From: Planctomycetota bacterium | GTDB lineage: Bacteria; Planctomycetota; Planctomycetia; Pirellulales; S012-138 | DNA length: 43,505 nucleotides | Assembly: GCA_024279285.1 (NCBI GenBank) | Contig: JAJRRR010000266.1 | Location: 1 to 43,505, forward strand | Reading direction: 5' to 3' | Shown here: piece by piece, positions 35,860-43,505 of the stretch | Position numbering within the stretch: the first letter of the stretch is position 1 | How the letters are laid out: each line of letters begins with the position of its first letter | Made by a program: the position numbers and the translations under genes | Notes under the pieces: generated by a model | Database searches by the model: none | What the model saw: the letters and a program-made list of their open reading frames with translations, nothing else | What the model was told of the DNA's origin: nothing

Positions 35860-36678
35860 TTACCGCCGGCGATGCTTGAGCCAATGTCGCCAGCCAAAGT
35901 AAAGAAATCCTAGCACTACCACTAAGCTAACTACCAAAGTCCAATTGGTTCGCTCAGCAAGTTCCTTGGTCGGCGTTTCAATTGCAACCTTGGGTAAAGT
36001 AAGGATACCCTCAATGTACGCTTCCGGATTATTAAGGAAGGTAATCAGCACGGCGGCCACGGCCAAGGAACCCTTGTTGCGCCAGATGAAGTCCATAGCC
36101 TCGTCGCCCCAACGCCGCAGCACGGTGATCAGCTCGTCTTGTTTCCCGACCTCTCGGGCGGTTTTCCATAGAGGGTCGCCTTGGATGATCATGGCCAAGC
36201 GCCGTGCGTTTCGGGAGGAGAGTCGGGCCATGGCTTGAGCGCCTTCTGATCCACAGCGGCGAATTACCGAGGCGGCAATGTCTCCATGGCGCACTAAGGC
36301 TTCGGCTGCTTCGTCGCCAAATTCAGCAACCAGACGCAGTCGGGAAGCTTTCCGTGCTACGGAAATACCTTCGTCGCCGTATCGCGCAAGGACTCGTGAA
36401 GCCGTTTTGCCCAAGGCACCAGCATCTTCAATGGCTTTCAGTCCAGCGGGCCCGGTCTTGCGCACGGCCTCAAACACTTCATCGCCATATTTGACAGCCA
36501 AATTGTCAATGCGTTTAGCAAGAGTCTCCACGCCTTCTCGGGCTGCCTTGGACCCGAACCGTTTTACTATCCACTCGGCTGCTTCGCGGGCGGCCTGCGA
36601 AGCTACCCCTGCCCAACTCGGAGGGGTTCCTACCAGTGTTGTCAACATCGCGATAAGGAGGATCGCATTTCGTGACAT
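35860..36678 (-). CDS. Exported, C-terminally anchored helical-repeat protein, hypothetical
   Basis: AAGGAG SD; signal peptide (..PPSWA|G); repeated (K/R)(Y/F/W/H)G(D/S)E units; C-terminal TM plus KHRRR tail. Confidence 0.85.
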   Translation of the reverse strand: MSRNAILLIAMLTTLVGTPPSWAGVASQAAREAAEWIVKRFGSKAAREGVETLAKRIDNLAVKYGDEVFEAVRKTGPAGLKAIEDAGALGKTASRVLARYGDEGISVARKASRLRLVAEFGDEAAEALVRHGDIAASVIRRCGSEGAQAMARLSSRNARRLAMIIQGDPLWKTAREVGKQDELITVLRRWGDEAMDFIWRNKGSLAVAAVLITFLNNPEAYIEGILTLPKVAIETPTKELAERTNWTLVVSLVVVLGFLYFGWRHWLKHRRR

Positions 36679-36723
36679 CGTGTTCTGACTCCTTACGAGC
36701 GTGAAAGTAAACCACCTGGACTT

Positions 36724-37638
36724 TTAATTACCCAAAGCTTCTCGTATCACGCGACTCCGAGCTTGATGGCGAGCATTTGCCATTTGGGTCAGGATGCGCT
36801 TCACTTCCTTGCGAAGTTCCTGGTGCATTTTGTCAAGCTCTTGGTTTAGCTTTTGAGTTAACTTGCCTTGAGGGTCAGTCCACCATTCCAAAATCCAATC
36901 CACAACAATCCCGACTAGAATGGAAATGCCAAAAGTTTCCCAGCTTACGGCGGTCCCTGCGACAAGAAAACCAATCCGCTGGCTCACTTGAGAAATTATG
37001 ATGGTCACAATTTCCTCTATCACCCAGCCGACGGCGAAACTGGCTATATCACCTTTGATGGACTTCCAGACTTCTTCGTCAAGCTCCCGGAGAGTATCAA
37101 GAGTTTGGTGGTTGATTTGTTTGACGAAGCGGTCGGCGCGCGGTAGGCGATAGTGCAATGAGGGAACATCCGCCTTGATCTTCACAAAAAGCTGATTGTC
37201 AATATTGTCGCACTCCTTGGCAAAGGAAATCAGTGCGCTTTCAACAGTTTTTTTCAGATCATCAGGGCTGAAGACCTTTTGTGCAAAAAGCTTCTGAATG
37301 TACTTCTGGAACTCTTCCTTAGTAGAGAAAATAGTAGAGAAAATATACTCCAATTTGGTACGGAAACTTAGGAGCTCATCGGCGAACTCAGGGGTGTTTT
37401 GCTTGGCTTGTTCGAAGAAGCGGTCAATGGATTCCAAGGAGCGGCCGATGGCCTTTCGGGTCTGTTTGTCGGCCCAATTGATGTCATCTTCAATCCGACT
37501 GATCGGACCCCGGTTGGAAGGTGGCTCATGAATGTTAGGAGGAGTAATACCTCCCTGGAGAGCCTGGTACTGGTAAGCTGCCACGGCAGCCACACAGACG
37601 GCCACTGCGCCGAGCAAGGGTTTTAGGACGTACTTCAT
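36724..37638 (-). CDS. Alpha-helical protein with N-terminal hydrophobic segment and internal hydrophobic hairpin, hypothetical
   Basis: 304-aa low-GC ORF with GGGGG SD; coiled-coil segments flank IASFAVGWVIEEIVTIII..GFLVAGTAVSWETFGISILVGIVVDWILEWW. Confidence 0.85.
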   Translation of the reverse strand: MKYVLKPLLGAVAVCVAAVAAYQYQALQGGITPPNIHEPPSNRGPISRIEDDINWADKQTRKAIGRSLESIDRFFEQAKQNTPEFADELLSFRTKLEYIFSTIFSTKEEFQKYIQKLFAQKVFSPDDLKKTVESALISFAKECDNIDNQLFVKIKADVPSLHYRLPRADRFVKQINHQTLDTLRELDEEVWKSIKGDIASFAVGWVIEEIVTIIISQVSQRIGFLVAGTAVSWETFGISILVGIVVDWILEWWTDPQGKLTQKLNQELDKMHQELRKEVKRILTQMANARHQARSRVIREALGN

Positions 37639-37886
37639 GGTTTTTCAATCCCCCGTTTTGGAGAATTTGAATTGTCTCTACTGTTTGTTCGGACAAGCAA
37701 GAAATTTCCTGACGCTACGGGCGGAACCCGTGCAGAAAAGGAAGAACTCTATCGGCTGTGAGCACAAACCCACTTGGATGGAAACGGTCCTGAGCTTCGT
37801 TTTTCACCCGTCCTCTATCCCCGTCTCTGCCTCCCAAGAAGAGGACCCTTTTGTGCGTTTCCTTACATACTTTGCCTTTTGTAACC

Positions 37887-37915
37887 AGTGTACGGCTCTG
37901 CGTAGTCAAAAGCAA
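37887..37915 (-). promoter_or_regulatory. Sigma70-like promoter of the low-GC gene pair
   Basis: TTGCTT (37915-37910) -17 nt- TACACT (37892-37887). Confidence 0.5.
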
Positions 37916-37966
37916 GCTTCTCAGAAAAATCTTCCCCAGGGACGGAAAAAAAGACACTTGGCCTCC

Positions 37967-39421
37967 CTAAGCCAGCAGTTCGTGGATTATGTGTCCGTGT
38001 ACATCTGTTAAGCGGCGGTCCAGGCCGTTGTAGTAGTAGGTGACTCGGGTATGATCTAGACCCAGCAGGTAAAGCAAAGTGGCGTAGAAGTCCCAGACTG
38101 TGGTGGGTTTTTCCACCGCGCGGCGTCCGAACTCGTCGGTGGCCCCGTAGCTTACGCCGCCTTTGACCCCTGCGCCCATCATCCAGCATGTGAATCCGTC
38201 CGGGTTGTGATCGCGTCCTTTGGTGCCTTGCTGGTGGGTGGGCATGCGGCCAAACTCGGTGGTCCAGATCACGACGGTTTCGTCCAGCAAGCCGCGTTGT
38301 TTCAAGTCGGTCAGCAGTGCGGCGGTGGGCTGATCGAGGATGGGGCAATGGCGTTCGTAGTCGGGTTTGAGGGTTTTGTGGGCATCCCAGTTCAGCAGCC
38401 CATCCACGCCTGAGGCCCGAGAGGCACAATACAGCGTCACATAGCGCACCCCTCGCTCCAGCAAGCGGCGAGCCAGGAGGCAGTTTCGGGCATAGGCGGC
38501 TTTGAGCTTGTTGGGATCCTCGGTTCCGTAGAGCCGATGGATGGAGGCTGGCTCAGCAGCCAGATTGCTCACTTCGGGAGCCGAAAGCTGCATGCGTGCG
38601 GCCAATTCGTAAGCAGCGATTCGGGCTTGTAGCTCCGTGTTGCCCTCGCGCTGCTGCAAGTGGCGTCGGTTCAGGAAGTTCAAAAATCGCCGGGTGGCCT
38701 GTTCTTCTTCAATGGAGATGCTCTCTGGGGTGGCGAGGTTTCGGATGGGCCGATGAGCGGCCATGACGATCCCTTGGTGCTTAGCGGGCAAGAACCCGGC
38801 CGACCAGTTGGCTTTCCCATTGGGCGGCTCGCCCCGAATGTCCGGAATGGCCACATAGGTGGGCAAGTTGCGGTTTTCGCTTCCCAGGGCATAGCTGACC
38901 CAGGCCCCCGCACTGGGAAAGCCTTCGCTGGTTTGGCCAGTGTTCATGAACACACAAGCCGGACCATGGGTGTTGCTCTTGCTGGTCATGGAGTGGATGA
39001 AGGCGATGTCGTCCACATGCTTAGCCAGATGAGGGAGCATGGAGCTGATGGGCTTTCCGCACTGGCCGGCTTTCACAAAGGGCCAGGGTGGGGCCATCAG
39101 CGCGCCGTTTTTTCCTTGGAAGGAAACGAAGTTTTCCTCTCCCGGCAAGGGCTCGCCGGCCCGACGCTCCAGCTCCGGCTTATAGTCCCAAAGGTCCACA
39201 TGCGACACTCCCCCGGGACAAAAGATCTGAAGCACCCGTTTGGCCCGAGCCGGAAAATGAGGCATGCCTTGTCCCGGGACCCATTCCACGGCCGGGACTT
39301 CGCGGGCCAGCAAGTCCAACAGGCCCACGCCCACCAGGCCCGTGAACATGCAATCCAACCACTGTCGTCGCGAAAGCACCTGCTGGAAACACGCTTGGGC
39401 CGGATGCAAGGGCCGCTTCAT
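37967..39421 (-). CDS. DUF1501 domain protein with Tat-like signal
   Basis: SRRQWL; PHFPARAKRV.QIF.PGGVSHVDLWDYKP, CLLARRLLERGVR, WDAH, TEFGRMP, GRDHNP; AAGGA SD before 39421 (alternative start 39457). Confidence 0.93.
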   Translation of the reverse strand: MKRPLHPAQACFQQVLSRRQWLDCMFTGLVGVGLLDLLAREVPAVEWVPGQGMPHFPARAKRVLQIFCPGGVSHVDLWDYKPELERRAGEPLPGEENFVSFQGKNGALMAPPWPFVKAGQCGKPISSMLPHLAKHVDDIAFIHSMTSKSNTHGPACVFMNTGQTSEGFPSAGAWVSYALGSENRNLPTYVAIPDIRGEPPNGKANWSAGFLPAKHQGIVMAAHRPIRNLATPESISIEEEQATRRFLNFLNRRHLQQREGNTELQARIAAYELAARMQLSAPEVSNLAAEPASIHRLYGTEDPNKLKAAYARNCLLARRLLERGVRYVTLYCASRASGVDGLLNWDAHKTLKPDYERHCPILDQPTAALLTDLKQRGLLDETVVIWTTEFGRMPTHQQGTKGRDHNPDGFTCWMMGAGVKGGVSYGATDEFGRRAVEKPTTVWDFYATLLYLLGLDHTRVTYYYNGLDRRLTDVHGHIIHELLA

Positions 39422-39486
39422 GGCAGCTTTCCTTATCTGGGCTTGGGGATGGTTCATGACCAGGGTTTCGGCTCACTAAAAGGGGC

Positions 39487-42375
39487 TTAGTCCAAGTAAA
39501 TCATCTCGTTAGCGTTGAACATTGCTCGGCACAAAGCCGTCAGTCCAAACTGACGGACAAGTTGGGTGGCTTGTTCCAATTCTTCAGGCTCAGGTTCCCG
39601 AGCAAACAGGAGCCAAAACGCGCGGCGGACCTGAGCTTTGGGCTCGGGACCGGCCTCGCGTCGCAAGCGCGAGGCCATAGCCTGGGCCATGTCCAGCACA
39701 AACTGGTGATTCATCATCGTGAGGGCTTGCAGGGGGCTGGTGGTTTGGGCCCGACGCGGCGCGGCAAACGCCGGATCAGGACAGTCAAAGTCGCTCAGGA
39801 CATCCACGCGGGCAGCCCGAGCGTTCTGATGATAAACACTGCGACGGTAAGTCTCCGGTCCCGGGCGATCCAGCGGTTCATAAGTGGCCACATTGTCTTG
39901 CAGGTAGCGATAGAGACGAAACCCGGGTCCTCCCATCCGACGATCCAGCACTCCGGCCACGGCTAGCATGGTGTCGCGCACTTGCTCGGCAGTTAGCCGC
40001 CGTGGCGGGTAGCGCCACAGCAGCGTCGTGTTGGCGTCTTTTTTGGCCGCTTCGGGCCGGAAAGCCGAACTTTGGCGATAAGTTTGCGAAAGCACAATCA
40101 ACCGATGCAACGGCTTGAGACGCCAACCGTGATCCCGAAGATAGCGAGCCAGAAAGTCCAGCAACTTTGGATGGGTGGGCCGAGTGCCCATCATGCCAAA
40201 ATCACTGGGCGTGGACACAATTCCTCGGCCAAAGTGGTAGTGCCACACCCGATTGGCCAGCACCCGAAGCGTAAGCGCATTGCGGTCCGAAGCGATCCAT
40301 CGGGCCAGAGCCAATCGGCGCTCCGCTTCGGGAGCCTTGGGGTCCAGACGGTAGGCACCCACGGTACGCTCCAGCACCGAGATGCTCTTAGGCACCACGG
40401 CGGGGCCTTTCTTTTGGGGATCGCCTCGTTGGAAGATGTGGAAGGGGCCGGGAGCCGGACGCATCCGACCCACCCACCACCGCGGAAACGGTGGAACCGC
40501 GCGGATCTCCGACTCCACCTGGGCCAACTGCGCACTGAGTTGGTCAAGCTGGGAGCGTTCTTCCGGGGTGATTTCGGCTTCCAGAAGTCGCTTACGTCGG
40601 AGGCGATCGTTGAGTGGTTTGCGCAAGCGGCTATCGGCCACCACGCTCCAGCTCTTGCCATCCAGGGAGACTTCTATCACATACTCGCCCACGAAGGCCG
40701 TGTATCCGTGCGTGGGCGGCAACTGGCGCTGGCGATCGCTGGAGAAGACAATGCGTTCAATGCGGACCTTTTGGGGCAAGGTAATTACCAGCTCCGGTCC
40801 GGCGGCGATCCAGCGTGTGCCAAAGTCCCCGTCTATAGCCCGATCGGCTGAATAAGCGTCTGCAAAGTCTTCCGCAGTGCGACTGGCTCCTTGGGCTTTG
40901 GCTCCCAGGGCCAGTTGAGCCACATTGCGGCTTTGAGGGCCAGAGGTCCACACTTCAAACTCGTCAATGCGGAAACCGGTTCGGGCATCGGGATTGGTGT
41001 CCAGGGCAAACACGCGAAGCCTGACGAATCGGGCTTCCACCGGGGGAAAGCGTTCTTCGGTTCCGTAGCGGCTGACTGGTTCTCGAGTCCAGGTGGCCTG
41101 GAAGCTAGACAGTTTTTGCTCAGCTCGCTTCAGCACCCGGGCAATGAGCTGATTTCGTTGCTGTTGGAGTTTTTGCTTTTTGGCCAGCAGGGGGCGGAGT
41201 TTTTCCTGGCGCAGGCGGCGCTGCTGGGGGCTGGCAATTTCCCGATCCCCGTGAAACACTCCTGCAAAGGTGGCATACCAGGCGTAGTAGTCGTCTTGTT
41301 CAATGGGATCAAACTTGTGTTCGTGGCATCGGGCACAGCCCATCGTGATGCCCAAGAACGCCTCGGCCGTGGCTCGGATGATCTCGTCCAGGGTGTTGGC
41401 CCGAATGATGGCCGCCTGCACCGGGTCCTGATTGCCCACATTGTCATACGGCCCACAGACCAAAAACGCCGTGCCTACGGCCACTTCGGGATTGTAAGGC
41501 TCCAGCACATCCCCGGCCAACTGTTCCAGAATGAACCGGTTAAACGGCTTGTCCTGGTTGAAAGAGCGAATGACATAGTCCCGATAGGGCCACAGGTTGT
41601 TGATGATCACATTGCGTTCAAAGCCGTTGCTTTCGCCGAACCGGACCACATCCAGCCAGTGTCTTCCCCATTGCTCTCCGTAGGCGGGAGAAGCCAGTAG
41701 GCGGTCCACAACTTTTTCGTAAGCATCGGGCGAGTCATCGTTGAGAAACGCCTGAACTTCTTCCGGAGTGGGGGGAAGTCCGGTTAGGTCGTAGGTGACA
41801 CGGCGAATCCAGGTGCGGCGATCTGCCGGGGGGTTGGGCTTCAGTCCGGCTTGAGCCAGTCGGGCATAGATGAACCGATCAATGGGATTTTTTCGCCACT
41901 GGGGCGGTGCTTGAGGCACCTGGGGCGGCTCCCCTTCCCACAGCGGCTGATACGCCCACCAGTTCTCATCCCCTCGCAAGGGCTTGAGCACCAGCCCCTT
42001 GGGCCAGTGGGCCCCTTGGGCAATCCAACGGCGAATCAGCTGGATTTGCTTTTCGCTTAGAGGTTTGCCGCTTTTGGGCATCTCGGGTCGTGGTTTTCCG
42101 GGCGGGACTACGATTAGCTCCAACAGCGCGCTGGACTCCACATCCCCTGGCACCACATAACCGCCTTCTAGCAGGTCCTCGGGCGTGGCCAAGGAGAGAT
42201 CACCCTTTTTCTTCTCGGCGCTGTGGCAGGAGAGGCAATGTTTTTGGAAGATGGGAGCCACATCTTTTTGGAAGTCCACAGGCTGATCGGCCCAAAGGGA
42301 AGTGTTCAGCCCCCATCCCATCCCCAACACGCATACCATCCACCCCAGCCCCAAGGTCGGTTTAGGTCGGGTCAT
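39487..42375 (-). CDS. Planctomycete cytochrome c + DUF1549 + discoidin (F5/8)-like + DUF1553 (PSD1) protein
   Basis: Signal peptide; VDF..DV.PIF..HCLSCH, RRVTYDLTGLPPT, YGEQWGRHWLD, CARCHEHKFDP, NRVW..HFGRGIV, THP.LLD, QAL.MMN; AAGGA SD before 42375. Confidence 0.93.
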   Translation of the reverse strand: MTRPKPTLGLGWMVCVLGMGWGLNTSLWADQPVDFQKDVAPIFQKHCLSCHSAEKKKGDLSLATPEDLLEGGYVVPGDVESSALLELIVVPPGKPRPEMPKSGKPLSEKQIQLIRRWIAQGAHWPKGLVLKPLRGDENWWAYQPLWEGEPPQVPQAPPQWRKNPIDRFIYARLAQAGLKPNPPADRRTWIRRVTYDLTGLPPTPEEVQAFLNDDSPDAYEKVVDRLLASPAYGEQWGRHWLDVVRFGESNGFERNVIINNLWPYRDYVIRSFNQDKPFNRFILEQLAGDVLEPYNPEVAVGTAFLVCGPYDNVGNQDPVQAAIIRANTLDEIIRATAEAFLGITMGCARCHEHKFDPIEQDDYYAWYATFAGVFHGDREIASPQQRRLRQEKLRPLLAKKQKLQQQRNQLIARVLKRAEQKLSSFQATWTREPVSRYGTEERFPPVEARFVRLRVFALDTNPDARTGFRIDEFEVWTSGPQSRNVAQLALGAKAQGASRTAEDFADAYSADRAIDGDFGTRWIAAGPELVITLPQKVRIERIVFSSDRQRQLPPTHGYTAFVGEYVIEVSLDGKSWSVVADSRLRKPLNDRLRRKRLLEAEITPEERSQLDQLSAQLAQVESEIRAVPPFPRWWVGRMRPAPGPFHIFQRGDPQKKGPAVVPKSISVLERTVGAYRLDPKAPEAERRLALARWIASDRNALTLRVLANRVWHYHFGRGIVSTPSDFGMMGTRPTHPKLLDFLARYLRDHGWRLKPLHRLIVLSQTYRQSSAFRPEAAKKDANTTLLWRYPPRRLTAEQVRDTMLAVAGVLDRRMGGPGFRLYRYLQDNVATYEPLDRPGPETYRRSVYHQNARAARVDVLSDFDCPDPAFAAPRRAQTTSPLQALTMMNHQFVLDMAQAMASRLRREAGPEPKAQVRRAFWLLFAREPEPEELEQATQLVRQFGLTALCRAMFNANEMIYLD

Positions 42376-42433
42376 CGCCGTCGTCCTTTTTGAGTAGAAG
42401 CACCAGGCGGGAAAAGAGACGGTGGGATCAACA

Positions 42434-42486
42434 TGTAGTACAACCTTTTGTATGTTGTATGATACAAATCCTCTCCTGTTCGTCAA
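42434..42486 (-). promoter_or_regulatory. Sigma70 promoter overlapped by GntR-type operator(s)
   Basis: TTGACG (42486-42481) -16 nt- TATCAT (42464-42459); palindrome TTGTAT-G-ATACAA at 42455-42467, extra TTGTATG half-site at 42448-42454, TGTAGTACA at 42434-42442. Confidence 0.65.
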
Positions 42487-42548
42487 GACTCCGGGCAGAC
42501 GGTACCAACCTGATCAGCTTCAATCCGGCAGACCAAGGCGGCGGGAGT

Positions 42549-43505
42549 TTACGGCTTCCGGCTCGTGGAGGCGGGATTGTTGCTGAGAGCAGGCTTGGCC
42601 ATTTGGGGTTGGAGCAGTTCTCGGGTGCAGAGGGCCAGTTCGTAGCTATCCGGGGCAATTTCCGTTACGGAACATCCCAGTTGTGGAGCAGCAAAAAGCA
42701 AAGGGCGGCTCCAGCTCAGCAGCGGCACTTTGGCCCGAGCTACTTCCGCAGGACCTAACAACAACACATCTTCTGTCTCTCCCCACCAGACCACATCGGC
42801 CTGAAGCAACAGTCGGCTTAGCACCCAGGGCCACGCTGCCCAACGAATCTGCCGCCAGCAGCGCAGCGACCGGACGAACTGGCGCACCGGACCTTGCAAC
42901 GCATGGGTGCCCACAAACCACACTTGCAGCTTGGGCCAAATCTGAGCCAGTACATCTCCCGCCCAGGCCATTAGCCTCACCGCTTCCCAATCTTGCTCAC
43001 CAGGGACGGCCAAAACCAGCGGTTGGGCACACTGAGCTTGTTGAAGTCCGGCAGCCAGCGGACCCAATGGAGAAACCAACTGGCGACGAAGTGCCGACCA
43101 TCCGGCTTGGGGACAAAACTCCCGAGTTGGAAAACATTGGGTCAGCTCCTCCCGGATGGCTGCGTCCACTCCCGGGGGCAAACGCAACTCCACCGATGGC
43201 AGTTTTTCTTTGAAGCGGGCCAATCGGACCACTTGCCGACACTGTTCCCTGCGGTGAGGACAAAGGAAGAGCTTGCGGCATGGGAGTCCTCGGGCCCACC
43301 AGTGCATGTGTTCAAACCCGTCCCAAACCCAAACCTCCTCCACCTGCCGGCCGGCAATCCAACGGCGAAGTCTCCACCAAGCCACCGGATCCCAAGGCCA
43401 GCGCCGCCCTAGGTTCTGACCAGGAGGGCTCCAGGGAGAGTCAGGACCGGCTGGCTCCGGACGCCAAAAAAGGACTTCGCCCCCGCTGTGCGCAAGCTCC
43501 CCCCA
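42549..43505 (-). CDS. Degenerate GT-B/GT4 glycosyltransferase-like protein; 5' end lies outside the window
   Basis: Frame stays open to the window edge (..LGRRWPWDPVAWWRLRRWI, resembling GT4 N-terminal domains); later LPPGVD, VWFVG, RLLLQADVVW, AEVARAKVPLL follow GT4 layout. Confidence 0.55.
   Translation of the reverse strand, partial: WGELAHSGGEVLFWRPEPAGPDSPWSPPGQNLGRRWPWDPVAWWRLRRWIAGRQVEEVWVWDGFEHMHWWARGLPCRKLFLCPHRREQCRQVVRLARFKEKLPSVELRLPPGVDAAIREELTQCFPTREFCPQAGWSALRRQLVSPLGPLAAGLQQAQCAQPLVLAVPGEQDWEAVRLMAWAGDVLAQIWPKLQVWFVGTHALQGPVRQFVRSLRCWRQIRWAAWPWVLSRLLLQADVVWWGETEDVLLLGPAEVARAKVPLLSWSRPLLFAAPQLGCSVTEIAPDSYELALCTRELLQPQMAKPALSNNPASTSRKP

Noticed and set aside
37715-37957. 80-aa ORF (or 30-aa GTG peptide) in the leader of the low-GC gene pair
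   Set aside because: Spans the predicted promoter and has no recognisable features; cannot be supported without ribosome profiling or conservation

Overview
Ordinary high-GC chromosomal window from a planctomycete, probably Pirellulales-like. The assignment rests on two DUF1549/DUF1553 + DUF1501 pairs, DUF1598, DUF1559 with H-X9-DG, DUF1080 and a G|PTAVEY Flp pilin. About 36 credible CDSs; no rRNA, tRNA, CRISPR, integrase or transposase recognised. Housekeeping and metabolic genes include recG, nnrD, larB, an acuI/yhdH-like reductase, a NUDIX hydrolase, an MlrC/M81 hydrolase and a class-III aminotransferase. Most interesting: (1) a low-GC two-gene insert (35860-37638) with one protein carrying a colicin-like hydrophobic hairpin and an exported, C-terminally anchored protein of (Y/F/W)GDE helical repeats, one resembling lacticin Q/aureocin A53, so a candidate bipartite membrane-active system; (2) a five-gene operon coupling a membrane-anchored PspA/ESCRT-III-like protein, a polytopic Ser/Thr kinase, a membrane protein, an ECF sigma factor and a soluble tandem ZAS-like anti-sigma; (3) a Wzc-like / ExeA ATPase / catalytically dead BY-kinase trio with no polysaccharide genes; (4) two unannotated intergenic repeat families, a 26-bp REP-like palindrome with covarying stems and a ~100-bp heptamer-plus-core element in four copies. 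All family calls come from motif recognition by eye; no database search was run.
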